A stretch of 64,000 nucleotides of DNA, taken from Candidatus Latescibacterota bacterium. Lineage in GTDB: Bacteria > Latescibacterota > UBA2968 > UBA8231. The stretch's first letter is position 1. The number at the start of each line of letters is the position of its first letter. The DNA lies in assembly GCA_965243025.1 (NCBI GenBank), contig CBDETY010000003.1:1088001-1152000 (forward strand), read 5' to 3'. The notes under the pieces are model-generated. The model was not told the origin of the DNA. It was given only the letters and a program-made list of their open reading frames with translations, and ran no database searches. Both the position numbers and the translations under genes were made by a program. Of this stretch, positions 9,033 through 19,563 are shown piece after piece.

Positions 9033-9752
9033 TCACAGCCCTGCGGGCATCAGCATGAGCTCGGGAACCCTGGCCCGCGGCGGCAGCGAGGCGACGAACA
9101 GGCAGGCCTCGGCGACGTCTTCGGGCTGCAGGGCCCTGGCCAGCACCTCGGGCGGGGTCGGCGCCGGCCGCTTGTCGACCAGCGGCGTGTCGGTCAGGCC
9201 GGGGAAGATGACGGTGGTGCGGATGCCGTTCTCCCGCTCCTCCTGGAAGGTGCCGTGCGCCAGGCCGACGAGTCCGTGCTTCGCCGCTTGGTACGAGACT
9301 CCGGACAGATCGGGGATCTGCACGCAGGCGCTGCCGACGTAGAGGATCAGTCCGGCCCCCTGCGAGCGCATGACCGGCAGCACCGCCCGGGTGCAGTGGA
9401 AGGCACCGCTGAGGTTCGTCGCCACCATCATGTCCCAGGTCTCGGGGGTGAGCACCTCGAGGCCGCGTTCGGGAATGTTGGTTCCGGCCGCGTAGACGAG
9501 GAGGTCGATGCGGCCGAAGCGCTCCACCGAGGCGGCGGCCAGGCGCTCGAGCGAGTCCGGGTCCTCGACGTCGGCCCGGAACGCCAGGGCCCCCGCCCCG
9601 ATTTCCGTGGCCAGTTCCCGAAGTTGGTCGCCGCTGCGCGCCGCCACCACCACCCTCGCCCCGGCCCCCGCCAGGGAAAGGGCGGTCTGCTTCCCCATGC
9701 CGCTGCTGGCGCCGACGACGACGGCGACCTGGTCCTTCAGTGCCTCACTCAC
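9033..9752 (-). CDS. SDR family oxidoreductase
   Basis: GASSGMG and YQAAK; AGGAGG RBS before GTG 9752. Confidence 0.9.
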   Translation of the reverse strand: MSEALKDQVAVVVGASSGMGKQTALSLAGAGARVVVAARSGDQLRELATEIGAGALAFRADVEDPDSLERLAAASVERFGRIDLLVYAAGTNIPERGLEVLTPETWDMMVATNLSGAFHCTRAVLPVMRSQGAGLILYVGSACVQIPDLSGVSYQAAKHGLVGLAHGTFQEERENGIRTTVIFPGLTDTPLVDKRPAPTPPEVLARALQPEDVAEACLFVASLPPRARVPELMLMPAGL

Positions 9753-10018
9753 GGGAAACCTCCTCATTCAGTGTTTGAGCGGTCAGTTGGAAACTACATC
9801 CGGGTTCCGCACTCCAGGCAAACGATTTCCCGCCTCGAAAATCCACTGTCACCGACGAGCCGACCCGGGAGTCCTGCCGCGGGAGTTGAGGGCCGCTGGG
9901 GGGAGGCTGTCCCGAAGTCGAAATCGGTTTTTTTTGCACTCTGCTCCGCCAGCCCTTCCTTTCTTGACGCACCTGACGATCTGCCCCGAAAACCTCCCGC
10001 ACACTGAAAACTGGTCCG

Positions 10019-11995
10019 ATGGTATTTCCCGGGTTCTGCATAGCATTCGCCGGAATGGCGATTACCCTCGGTCTGATGCAACCGGCCGGAGGGACGAAGG
10101 CCCCTGGCGCAGCCGCGGCCGGGGGAATCTCCGGGGATGCCTGGCCGCGGAGCTGGTTCGAGCCGCCGCGGACGGCATCGGAGATCGGTATCGAAAGTTT
10201 CCGGCAGTCCCCGCTGCTCGACGCCGAAGTGGCCTCCGGAGAGCTGCCCCCGGTCGAGGAGCGGCTCCCCGAGGATCCGATAGTCGCCGAGCCGTACGGC
10301 GGCATCGGCCGCTACGGGGGAACGGCCTCGATTTTCGACCCGGGCACCTGGATCCTCAACCCGACCGAGGGGCCGTACCGGGTCGGGCCGCAGCTGCGCC
10401 GCAACCTTCCGAACTTCGCCGCGAGCGCCGGGTTCAGCGACGGCGGGCGCACCGTGACCATCACCCTGCGCAAGGGGGTCAGGTGGTCGGACGGGCATCC
10501 GCTGACCGCCGCCGACTTCGCCTTCGACCTCGAGCACATAGAGCTGAACACCGACCTGACTCCCGTGGTGATGCCCAGGTTCAAGGGGGCGAGGATCGAG
10601 GTCCACGGCCCCCACAGGTTCAGCTACCACTTCCCGACGCCGCGGCCCCTGCTGCTCAAGTACATGGCCCACAGCGGCGAACGCCTGCTGGCGCCGGCGC
10701 ACTTCCTGAAGCGCTATCACCCGGCCTTCACCGACACGGCGCAGCTCGAGCGCGAGGCGGTGGAGCAGGGGCTGCAGGACTGGCGCAAGTACTTCGAGGT
10801 GGTCAACAACATCCACGACCTCAAGGTCTTCCACCGCCCCGTCTTCTCGGCCTTCGCCGTCGTCAGCAAGACCTCGACCCGCTCCCGCTACCGGCGCAAC
10901 CCCTACTACTTCAAGGTCGATCCCGAGGGCAACCAGCTTCCCTACATCGACTTCCTCGAGGTGCAGAAGGTCGACAGCAAGGAGATCATGGCGGCCAAGG
11001 CATCGACCGGACAGGTGACGGTGGCCGGGCGCCAGCTGATGACGGCCGACATCCCGCTGTTCAAGCGCTACGAGGAGGAGAACGGGTACACGACCTACAT
11101 CTGGCCGCGCTGCTACGGTTCCGACGTCGTCTTCCAGCTCAACGTCACCCACCCGGAGGAACGCCTGCGCCGGATCTTCGCCGACGCGCGCTTCCGCCGC
11201 GCCATGTCGCTGGCCATCGACCGCGGCGAGATCAACGACATCCTCTATTTCGGGCAGGCGGTGCCGCGGCAGCTGACCGTCGTCCCCTCGAGCGAGTACT
11301 TCGAGCCCGCCTTCGCCGAGGCCTGGGCGTCCCACGACCCGGAGAGGGCGGGGGCCCTGTTCGACGAGACCGGGGTGCGCGACCGCGACGGGGACGGCTA
11401 CCGCGAGGGGCCGGACGGCGAGCCGCTGCACATCACTCTCGAGTACAGCCTCGGCGAGACCCCCAAGCAGAACACCGTCGAGCTGGCGGTCGCCCACTGG
11501 CGCGAGGCCGGCATCCGCGTCGGCAGCAAGCAGATCAGCGGCGCCCTGCTGTCGATCCGGGCAACGGCCGGGCTCATGGACATGACCTTGTGGCACGCCG
11601 ACCGCCAGGCGGACATCCTGTTCCCCATCGAGCCGTTCTGGTTCGTGCCGATGCACATCGGCCAGGAGCAGGGGGTGTGGTCGAAGTGGTCGCGGTGGTA
11701 CCTGTCGCGCGGCCAGCTCGGATGGGAACCCTCCCCGGAAGGAAAGCAGCTTCTGACCTGGTGGGAGCGGCTGAGAAGGACATCCGACGAGGAGGAGCGC
11801 CGCGAGATGGCCCGCAGGATCCTCGCCAGCCAGGCGGAGAACGTCTGGGGGATCGGGGTCGCGGGGCTCGCGCCCCACCCGGTGATCGTCCACGACGACC
11901 TCAAGAACGTGCCGGACAAGGGTTACTGGGGCTGGGACTCGCGCTGGTCCTGGCCCTACTACCCCGAGACCTGGTACCTCGACCCGGAGGGTTGA
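10019..11995 (+). CDS. ABC transporter substrate-binding protein, family 5 (Opp/Dpp-like)
   Basis: LPPVEERLP, LRKGVRWSDGHPLTAAD, GNQLPYID, FRRAMSLAIDR. Confidence 0.92.
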   Translation: MVFPGFCIAFAGMAITLGLMQPAGGTKAPGAAAAGGISGDAWPRSWFEPPRTASEIGIESFRQSPLLDAEVASGELPPVEERLPEDPIVAEPYGGIGRYGGTASIFDPGTWILNPTEGPYRVGPQLRRNLPNFAASAGFSDGGRTVTITLRKGVRWSDGHPLTAADFAFDLEHIELNTDLTPVVMPRFKGARIEVHGPHRFSYHFPTPRPLLLKYMAHSGERLLAPAHFLKRYHPAFTDTAQLEREAVEQGLQDWRKYFEVVNNIHDLKVFHRPVFSAFAVVSKTSTRSRYRRNPYYFKVDPEGNQLPYIDFLEVQKVDSKEIMAAKASTGQVTVAGRQLMTADIPLFKRYEEENGYTTYIWPRCYGSDVVFQLNVTHPEERLRRIFADARFRRAMSLAIDRGEINDILYFGQAVPRQLTVVPSSEYFEPAFAEAWASHDPERAGALFDETGVRDRDGDGYREGPDGEPLHITLEYSLGETPKQNTVELAVAHWREAGIRVGSKQISGALLSIRATAGLMDMTLWHADRQADILFPIEPFWFVPMHIGQEQGVWSKWSRWYLSRGQLGWEPSPEGKQLLTWWERLRRTSDEEERREMARRILASQAENVWGIGVAGLAPHPVIVHDDLKNVPDKGYWGWDSRWSWPYYPETWYLDPEG

Positions 11996-11999
11996 CGCT

Positions 12000-12983
12000 G
12001 TGACCGGCTACATCATCAGGCGCCTGCTGCTGATGATCCCGACGCTGCTGGTGATCTCGGTGCTGGTGTTCGTCATCATCCAGCTGCCCCCGGGCGACAT
12101 CATCACCTCGCGGCTGTCCGAGCTGCAGCAGCAGGGTCAGGACGTCTCCGAAGAGGCGGTCGCCGCCCTGCGCGAGCGCTACCACCTCAACGATCCGCTG
12201 CCGGTCCAGTACTGGCGCTGGATCACCGGCTTCGTCCGCGGCGACATGGGGTACTCGGTCATGTACGGGCAGTCGGTGGGCACCCTGGTCTGGGAACGGC
12301 TCGGCTACACCCTGGTGCTGACCCTCTCGGCGACCCTGTTCACCTGGCTGGTCGCCTTTCCCGTCGGGGTGCTGTCGGCGCTGCGCCAGTACTCCGCCTT
12401 CGACTACGCCGCCACGGTGCTCGCCTTCCTCGGGCTGGCGACCCCGAACTTCCTGCTCGCCCTGGTGCTGATGTACATCGGCTACGACTGGTTCGGGATC
12501 GCCATCGGCGGGCTGTTCTCACCGGAGTACGCCTCGGCTCCCTGGAGCGGGGCCAAGCTCGCCGACCTGCTGTCGCACCTGTGGATCCCGGCGGTCGTTC
12601 TCGGCACCGCGGGCATGGCGGGCCTGATGCGCGTCATGCGCGCCAACCTCCTCGACGAGCTGGGCAAGCCCTACGTGACCACCGCCCTTGCCAAGGGGCT
12701 GAGCCCCGGGCGGCTGGTGGTGAAGTACCCGATGCGCATCGCCGTCAACCCCTTCATCAGCACGGTCGGCTGGATGCTGCCGCACCTGCTGTCCGGGGCG
12801 GCGATCACCAGCGTCGTCCTCAGCCTGCCGACCACCGGACCGCTGCTCCTCGAGTCGCTCAAGAACCAGGACATGTACCTCGCCGGCAGCTTCCTGATGA
12901 TGCTCAGCACCCTGACCGTGATCGGCACCCTGATCTCCGACATCCTGCTGGCCGCCGTCGACCCGAGGATCCGCTACGAATGA
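12000..12983 (+). CDS. ABC transporter permease (OppB/DppB-like)
   Basis: YIIRRLL N-terminus, EAA-like YVTTALAKGL, DPRIR C-terminus. Confidence 0.93.
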   Translation: MTGYIIRRLLLMIPTLLVISVLVFVIIQLPPGDIITSRLSELQQQGQDVSEEAVAALRERYHLNDPLPVQYWRWITGFVRGDMGYSVMYGQSVGTLVWERLGYTLVLTLSATLFTWLVAFPVGVLSALRQYSAFDYAATVLAFLGLATPNFLLALVLMYIGYDWFGIAIGGLFSPEYASAPWSGAKLADLLSHLWIPAVVLGTAGMAGLMRVMRANLLDELGKPYVTTALAKGLSPGRLVVKYPMRIAVNPFISTVGWMLPHLLSGAAITSVVLSLPTTGPLLLESLKNQDMYLAGSFLMMLSTLTVIGTLISDILLAAVDPRIRYE

Positions 12984-14116
12984 GCGATCCGGCGACCACT
13001 GCCGCTCCATCCCCCGGGGCTTCCGCCGGAGCGGAGCAGGATCTCTCCTTCGCCTCGCAGTGGAGGCTGATGTGGCTGCGCTTCCGCCGCCACCGGCTGG
13101 CCCTGGCCGGAAGCGCCGTCCTGCTGGCCCTGTACTTCGCCGCGGCCTTCTGCGAGTTCCTGGCGCCGCTGCCCCCGGACCGGCGCCACGCCGGCTACGT
13201 GCAGTGCCCGCCGCAGAAGATCCGCTTCTTCGATGCGGACGGATCCTTCCACCTGCGGCCGTTCGTCTACGGCCTCAGGAGCGAAGCGGTGGACGACTGG
13301 CAGCGCAGCTACGTGCCCGATACCGGGGTCGTCTACCCGCTGCGCCTGTTCGCATCGGGGCCGGAGTACGAGATGTGGGGGCTGTTCCGCGCCGACCTGC
13401 ACCTGTTCGCCGCCGCCGACGGGGCGCCGCTGTTCCTGTTCGGCACCGACGACCTCGGACGCGACCTGTTCAGCCGCATCCTCTACGGGGCCCGCATCTC
13501 CCTGACCATCGGGCTCGTCGGGGTGGCGCTGACCTTCTTCATCGGCATCCTCCTCGGCGGCCTCGCCGGGTACTTCGGGGGCTGGCCCGACATCCTCGTG
13601 CAGCGCTGCATCGAGATCCTGATGAGCATTCCGCAGCTGCCGCTGTGGATGGCCCTGAGCGCGGCGCTGCCGGCGCACTGGCCGCCGCTGGGCACCTACT
13701 TCGGCATCACCCTCATCCTCTCGCTGATGGGCTGGACCGGTCTGGCCCGGGTGGTGCGCGGCCGCTTCCTGTCGCTGCGGGACGAGGATTTCGTCGTCGC
13801 CGCCCGCCTGTCGGGGACCGGTGAGCTCGGCATCATCTTCCGGCACCTGCTGCCCTCGTTCCTCAGCCACGTCATCACCTCGGCGACCCTGGCGGTGCCG
13901 GGGATGATCCTCGGGGAGACGGCGCTGAGCTTTCTCGGGATAGGGCTGCGCTCCCCGGTGGTGAGCTGGGGGGTGCTGCTGCAGACGGCGCAGAACTTCC
14001 AGGCCGTGGCGATGGCGCCGTGGCTGCTGCTGCCGGGGCTGTTCATCGTCGTCGCCGTGCTCGCTTTCAACCTCGTCGGGGACGGCATGCGGGATGCCGC
14101 CGACCCCTACAGCTGA
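12980..14116 (+). CDS. ABC transporter permease (OppC/DppC-like)
   Basis: ATG overlapping the upstream stop; RFRRHRLA, FGTDDLGRDLFSR, GDGMRDAADP. Confidence 0.92.
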   Translation: MSDPATTAAPSPGASAGAEQDLSFASQWRLMWLRFRRHRLALAGSAVLLALYFAAAFCEFLAPLPPDRRHAGYVQCPPQKIRFFDADGSFHLRPFVYGLRSEAVDDWQRSYVPDTGVVYPLRLFASGPEYEMWGLFRADLHLFAAADGAPLFLFGTDDLGRDLFSRILYGARISLTIGLVGVALTFFIGILLGGLAGYFGGWPDILVQRCIEILMSIPQLPLWMALSAALPAHWPPLGTYFGITLILSLMGWTGLARVVRGRFLSLRDEDFVVAARLSGTGELGIIFRHLLPSFLSHVITSATLAVPGMILGETALSFLGIGLRSPVVSWGVLLQTAQNFQAVAMAPWLLLPGLFIVVAVLAFNLVGDGMRDAADPYS

Positions 14117-14120
14117 GGCG

Positions 14121-15194
14121 ATGGATTCCGACCGTTCTTCCGGCATGGCCGCCGGCCCCGGCCGCACGGCTTCCCGGGAGCCGCTGCTCGAGGTGCGCGG
14201 CCTCGAGGTCCGCATCGAGCGGGACACCGGGGTGGTGCGTCCCCTCAACGGCGTGAGCTTCCGCGTCGAGGAGGGGCAGTCGGTCGCCATCGTCGGGGAG
14301 AGCGGCTGCGGCAAGACCATGGCGGCCAACGCCCTGCTGCGCATTCTGCCGCGGTCCTCCGAGATCACCGGGGGAGAGATGCTGTTCCGCCCCGGGAAGG
14401 GAGAACCGGCCGTCGACCTGGCGCGGCTCGACCCGGGCGGCAGGCAGATGCGCGACATCCGCGGCGGCGGCATATCGATGATCTTCCAGGAGCCGATGAC
14501 GGCCTTCTCGCCCGTGCACACGGTGGGCAACCAGATCGCCGAGATGATCCGCCTGCACGACGGCGCCCTCGACGCGGAGCAGAGGGAGGAACGCGTGGTC
14601 GAGCTGCTCGACCGGGTGGGTATTCCGCAGCCCGCGGAGCGCGCCCGCGACTACCCGTTCCAGCTTTCGGGGGGGATGCGGCAGCGCGCCATGATCGCCA
14701 TGGCGCTGGCGAGCAGCCCGCGCCTGCTGATCGCCGACGAGCCGACCACCGCTCTCGACGTCACCGTGCAGGCCCGAGTGCTCAAGCTGATCGAGCGCAT
14801 GCAGCGGGAGCTCGACCTGGCGCTGATGCTGATCACCCACGACCTCGGGGTGGTCGCGCACACGGTGAGCTACGTGTACGTGATGTACCTCGGCCGCGTC
14901 GTCGAGGAGGGGCCGGTCGAGAGGATCTTCGATTCGCCGGCCCACCCGTACACCGCCGCCCTGCTGCGCTCGATACCGAACCTCGCCGCCAGGACCGAGA
15001 AGCTCGAGCCGATCGAGGGCAGCGTCCCCAGCGCCCATGCGCTGCCGCCGGGATGCCCCTTCCATCCCCGCTGCCGGGAGAAGGTGGGGGAGATCTGCGA
15101 GCGGGAAATGCCGGGGCGCGACGCGGTGCGGCCCGGCCATTTCGCCAGCTGTTTCAGGCTGTCCGGGGAGACCGGAGGAGGAGCCGGTGGCTGA
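14121..15194 (+). CDS. ABC transporter ATP-binding protein (OppD/DppD-like)
   Basis: GESGCGKT, LSGGMRQR, ADEPTTALD, C-terminal GCPFHPRC. Confidence 0.93.
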   Translation: MDSDRSSGMAAGPGRTASREPLLEVRGLEVRIERDTGVVRPLNGVSFRVEEGQSVAIVGESGCGKTMAANALLRILPRSSEITGGEMLFRPGKGEPAVDLARLDPGGRQMRDIRGGGISMIFQEPMTAFSPVHTVGNQIAEMIRLHDGALDAEQREERVVELLDRVGIPQPAERARDYPFQLSGGMRQRAMIAMALASSPRLLIADEPTTALDVTVQARVLKLIERMQRELDLALMLITHDLGVVAHTVSYVYVMYLGRVVEEGPVERIFDSPAHPYTAALLRSIPNLAARTEKLEPIEGSVPSAHALPPGCPFHPRCREKVGEICEREMPGRDAVRPGHFASCFRLSGETGGGAGG

Positions 15195-16227
15195 GCTGTC
15201 GGAGGGGACCATTCTGCAGGTCGAGGGCCTCAGCAAGCATTTCCCGGTGCGGCGGGGGCTGCTGCGCCGTGTGGCGGGAACGGTGCGCGCTGTCGACGGG
15301 GTCAGCTTCCGCCTCGACGCCGGGCACACCCTGGGGCTGGTCGGGGAGAGCGGCTGCGGCAAGACAACTACCGGGCGCCTGATCCTGCGCGCCCTCGACC
15401 CGACCGCGGGCAGTATCCTCTTCCGGCGCCGCGAGGGAGAGGTGGTGGACCTCGCCCGGCTCGAGGGGCGGCAGATCAAGGAGGCGCGCCGCGACATCCA
15501 GATGATCTTCCAGGACCCGTACTCCTCCCTGAACCCCCGCATGCCGGTGATGGACCTGATCGCCGAGCCGCTCAGGGCGCGCGGCTGGGACCGCGGCCGC
15601 TGCGAGCGCCGCGTCGCCGAGCTGATGGAGCGGGTGGGGCTCGACCCGCGCTACATCCGCCGCTATCCCCACGCCTTCAGCGGCGGCCAGCGGCAGCGCA
15701 TCGGCATCGCCCGCGCCCTGGCGGTGAGCCCGTCTCTGATCGTCGCCGACGAGCCGGTCTCCGCCCTCGACGTCAGCGTGCAGGCGCAGATACTCAACCT
15801 GCTGCGGCAGCTGCAGCGGGACCTGAAGCTCACCCTGCTGTTCATCGCCCACGACCTCAGCGTGGTCCGCTACCTGTGCGACCGCGTCGCCGTGATGTAC
15901 CGGGGCCGCCTGGTGGAACAGGGGGAGACCGAGGCGCTGTTCACCAGACCACGGCATCCCTACACCGCGACGCTGCTGCACGCGGCGCCGCCCCCGGACC
16001 CGCACGCTCCCTGGATGGTCGCCGGGGAGGAGGAGGCCGATGCCGCGGGGGAACCGGGGGCTGCGGATGAGATGGAGGGTGGCTGCGCCTTCGCGCCCCG
16101 CTGCCGGTACCGCGCCGACCTGTGCGGGCGCCTGGAGCCGGCGCTCGAAGAGACCGGCAGCGAGCGCGGGGTGCCGCACGTCGCCGCCTGCCACCGCAAG
16201 GAAGAGATCGAGCTCGAGGGTCTGTAG
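15187..16227 (+). CDS. ABC transporter ATP-binding protein (OppF/DppF-like)
   Basis: GESGCGKT, FSGGQRQR, ADEPVSALD, HPYT; GTG start after GGAGGAG. Confidence 0.93.
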   Translation: MAELSEGTILQVEGLSKHFPVRRGLLRRVAGTVRAVDGVSFRLDAGHTLGLVGESGCGKTTTGRLILRALDPTAGSILFRRREGEVVDLARLEGRQIKEARRDIQMIFQDPYSSLNPRMPVMDLIAEPLRARGWDRGRCERRVAELMERVGLDPRYIRRYPHAFSGGQRQRIGIARALAVSPSLIVADEPVSALDVSVQAQILNLLRQLQRDLKLTLLFIAHDLSVVRYLCDRVAVMYRGRLVEQGETEALFTRPRHPYTATLLHAAPPPDPHAPWMVAGEEEADAAGEPGAADEMEGGCAFAPRCRYRADLCGRLEPALEETGSERGVPHVAACHRKEEIELEGL

Positions 16228-16244
16228 CTGCAGGGGCGGTCAGG

Positions 16245-17198
16245 TCAATCGAGGTTGTAGGCGCGCGCCGCGGTGTCGTGGAACAGGGCCCTGAGCTCGT
16301 CCTCGGCCAGGTCCTCCGTCCAATCGAGGAACAGCCCGTAGAGCGCCGCCAACGAGATCCCGCGGATCTTGTCGACCGGGTAGTTGCTGGCGAACATGCA
16401 GCGCTCCGGTCCGAAGACGTCGATCACCTCGCGGACGAGGTCCCGCACCTTGGCCTGCTTTTCCGGGTCGCTGTGAAACCCGGCGCGGGCGAACCAGAGC
16501 ATCGACAGCTTGATGTCGATATTGGGCAGCGTCGCCAGGCCCTGGATGCCGTCGCGCCACAGCTCCTCGTGGGCGTCGTCCTCTCCGTCGTGGAGGAACC
16601 CTAGGTGGTTGGCGACGACCCGCAGGCCGGGGAAGTCCGCGAAGACCCGGACGGCGCCGGGGATCTGGTGGGGATTGCAGGAGAGATCGAAGGCGAGGTT
16701 GCGGTCTGAGAGAAGCCCCAGGCCTTCGCGGAACTGCGGGGAGTGCATCAGCTCCCCGCCGGCGACCTGCGGCCAGGTGAGGTCCGGGTTTTCCGGGTGG
16801 TGGTTGAGGATCATGCGGATCCCGCGCAGCCGCGAGGAAGAGGCCTCGATGTGCCGCTCGAGGGTGCGCTGTGCCGCCGCGGGGTCACCGGCGAGATTGA
16901 GGTAGGCGACCAGGTACGAGGGCCGCTCCGCCTGGGTCGGCTCGACCTGGGCGGACACCCACTCGGTTTCGGAGACCGTGTCGACCACCGGTCCCCCTTC
17001 CATCTGGCCGACCACGGTTTCGACGTGGACCCGGGAAACCAGGTTCAGCCGCGGCGGCAGGGTGGCGGCGTCGGCGTCGTAGTCGGCGGCCCGGTACGAC
17101 CGCAGCAGCTCCTCCGCCTCGGGACCGAGGTTGGGGTTGGGGCGGGCGTCGAGGTCCCACAAGTGGAAGTGGGGGTCGCACAGCGGCAGGGTGGTCAT
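16245..17198 (-). CDS. Amidohydrolase_2 family protein (sugar lactonase-like)
   Basis: DPHFHLWD, NHLG, IKLS, FGPERCMFASNYPVD. Confidence 0.88.
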   Translation of the reverse strand: MTTLPLCDPHFHLWDLDARPNPNLGPEAEELLRSYRAADYDADAATLPPRLNLVSRVHVETVVGQMEGGPVVDTVSETEWVSAQVEPTQAERPSYLVAYLNLAGDPAAAQRTLERHIEASSSRLRGIRMILNHHPENPDLTWPQVAGGELMHSPQFREGLGLLSDRNLAFDLSCNPHQIPGAVRVFADFPGLRVVANHLGFLHDGEDDAHEELWRDGIQGLATLPNIDIKLSMLWFARAGFHSDPEKQAKVRDLVREVIDVFGPERCMFASNYPVDKIRGISLAALYGLFLDWTEDLAEDELRALFHDTAARAYNLD

Positions 17199-17392
17199 GG
17201 CTCTCCTCTTCTGGCTCTCATCGGGGATTGATTCGATTAATTCAGGTCTGAAATCGGGCAAAATGCCAGGGGCGTTGTTCCGGTCTCCAGGCGTTGTTTC
17301 TGCCCGGCACGTGTGTCCGATGCGACTGCTTCAGGCGGCGACGGAGTTTGTCGCCCCGGGCTGCGGTTCCTTTCCGAGGAGATCCGGAACCC

Positions 17393-18523
17393 TCACTCGA
17401 TCACCTCGACGGTCATGTCCTCGATCGCGTCCCAGTCGAGGTCGACCCCGAGGCCGGGGGCCTCCGGCATCTCGACGTACCCCCCCGACATCCGCAGGGG
17501 GTTCCTGATCGCCGGGTTGGCGTGGGTCTCGAAGGGGGGGTGCACCTCGAGCAGGGACCCGTTCTCGATGGCGCCGTTGACGTTGAGCGAGGAGAATCCC
17601 CACATGTGGCTGTGCGCGGACATGTGCAGGGTGGCTCCGAATGCGTAGGTGAGCTGGGCGAGCTTGAGCATTTCGGTGATTCCGCCCATTTCGAGCAGCG
17701 GCTTGAGGGCGTCGACGGCGCCCATGGACAGCATCTGCGCGTAGCTGTGCAGCTGGTGGGGGAAGTACTCGCCGGCGACGACGGGTATTTCCAGGGCGTC
17801 GCGCACCCGTTTGTACCCGGAGAAGTCCTGGTCTCGGAGCGGCTCCTCGAACCAGGTGAATTCCCGCTCCTCCAGGGCCCTTCCGACCCGGATCGCCTCC
17901 TTGACGTCGTAGTAGCCGACGGCGTCGTGCATCAGGTGAAAGTCGGGCCCCACGGCGTCCCGCAGCTCTCCGGCGAGCTCGATCATGAACTTCGGGCCGG
18001 CGTAGCAGTGGTCCTTGCTTCCGAGGTAGCCCTCCTCCTTCACCTGCAGCGCGAAATCGAGGAAGTGATCCTTTCTCAGCCCCTCCGGCCCCATGGTGCC
18101 GGACTGGGTCCGGTACGCCGGCACCTTGTCGCGGCAGGCTCCGAGCAGGCGCCAGACCGGGAGGCCGTGGCGCTTGCCGGCGATGTCCCAGAGGGCGGTG
18201 TCGATGGATCCGCGCAGCTTCTTCGGAGGCCAGGTCAGGCGCTCGAGCATCAGCAGGTCGTGCCAAAGGCGCTCCCGCCCCAGGGCGTCGCGGCCGACCA
18301 GGTGCTCGGGGAAACGGGTGGTGATGACCCGCGCCGTCTCCGCGTCGATCTCGTTGCACCAGCCCTCGATGCCCTCCCCGGTGATGACCCGGAGCAGACC
18401 GTCGCGGGTGCCGGAGTGCGGATCGTCGAGCATGTGGACCTTGAGGCCGGTGATCGGAAGCGGATCGCAGCCCTCGCGATCGACCGGCCTCCAGGGGCCG
18501 GCGCTGCGGTTGTCGGTTACCAT
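17393..18523 (-). CDS. Mandelate racemase/enolase superfamily enzyme
   Basis: IDTALWDIAGK, metal ligands in LMHDA/WFEEP/AGE, PGLG. Confidence 0.92.
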   Translation of the reverse strand: MVTDNRSAGPWRPVDREGCDPLPITGLKVHMLDDPHSGTRDGLLRVITGEGIEGWCNEIDAETARVITTRFPEHLVGRDALGRERLWHDLLMLERLTWPPKKLRGSIDTALWDIAGKRHGLPVWRLLGACRDKVPAYRTQSGTMGPEGLRKDHFLDFALQVKEEGYLGSKDHCYAGPKFMIELAGELRDAVGPDFHLMHDAVGYYDVKEAIRVGRALEEREFTWFEEPLRDQDFSGYKRVRDALEIPVVAGEYFPHQLHSYAQMLSMGAVDALKPLLEMGGITEMLKLAQLTYAFGATLHMSAHSHMWGFSSLNVNGAIENGSLLEVHPPFETHANPAIRNPLRMSGGYVEMPEAPGLGVDLDWDAIEDMTVEVIE

Positions 18524-18545
18524 TGCAAGACCTCCCTCGGGTGAC

Positions 18546-18575
18546 TTGGCGGGATCGCCGCGGAAGGGATATACT
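18546..18575 (+). promoter_or_regulatory. Putative sigma70 promoter of the class II aldolase gene
   Basis: TTGGCG-18 nt-TATACT. Confidence 0.4.
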
Positions 18576-18645
18576 CAGGGAATCACCCATCGGCCGCGCC
18601 CGGTAGGGGCGTCCGGCCGCGGACCCCGGAACAAGAGAGACGACC

Positions 18646-19419
18646 ATGACCACGACGCTGCCGGCGACCTTCGAGACCGACGAAGCCTGCGCCGCCGAGC
18701 GGGACCTGCGCGTCCAGCTCGCCGCCGCGTACCGGATTTTCGACCACCTCGGCTGGTGCGAGCTGATCTACGGCCACATCTCCATGCGGGTGCCGGGTCC
18801 GGAGCACCACTTCCTCATCAACCCGTACGGCCTGCGCTACGACGAGATCACCGCCTCCAGCCTGGTGAAGATCGATCTCGACGGCAACCTCGTCGAGCCT
18901 TCCGAGTACTCCTTCAATCCGGCCGGCTTCGTCATCCACAGCGCCATCCACGAGCACCGGGGGGACGCGCACTGCGTCATGCACACCCACACCCGCGCAG
19001 GAATGGCCATCGCCGCTCTCGAATGCGGGCTGCTGCCGGTCAGCATGAACGGAATGAGCTTTCACGGGAACCTCGCCTACCACGATTTCGAGGGCTCCAC
19101 GCTCCTGCTCGAGGAGCGGGAGAAGCTGGCCGCCGACCTCGGCAGCGCCGACGCCCTGATCCTGCGCAACCACGGCCTGCTGTCGGTCGGCCGCACGATT
19201 GCCGAAGCCTTCCTCTATCTGTATCGCCTCGAAAGCGCCTGCCGGGTCCAGCTCGACGCCATGGCCTGCGGCCGGCTGCAGTACCCGCCGCAGGAAGCCG
19301 TCGAGCGCTCGGCGCGGCAGATGCGGGAGTTCGCGCGCTGCGCCGCCGACACCGGCCAGTTGGAGTTCGACGCCCTGGTCCGCCTGGTCGAAGAGAAGGA
19401 CCCCTCGTTCCGCAGCTAG
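18646..19419 (+). CDS. Class II aldolase/adducin family protein
   Basis: GHIS.R, GFVIHSAIH, HTHT, LRNHG. Confidence 0.93.
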   Translation: MTTTLPATFETDEACAAERDLRVQLAAAYRIFDHLGWCELIYGHISMRVPGPEHHFLINPYGLRYDEITASSLVKIDLDGNLVEPSEYSFNPAGFVIHSAIHEHRGDAHCVMHTHTRAGMAIAALECGLLPVSMNGMSFHGNLAYHDFEGSTLLLEEREKLAADLGSADALILRNHGLLSVGRTIAEAFLYLYRLESACRVQLDAMACGRLQYPPQEAVERSARQMREFARCAADTGQLEFDALVRLVEEKDPSFRS

Positions 19420-19563
19420 TCCCCGGGCCGTTACGCGAGCGTGCCAAGGAGGGCCGCCCGGCTCGCGCGGCGCCTTGGCGGGTGATACGGATTGATCAGG
19501 GAGAGTGAAGGCAACGGACCGGGACGGGAGCAGTGGATCGGCGCCTGAAGGCGCTCGCGCCCG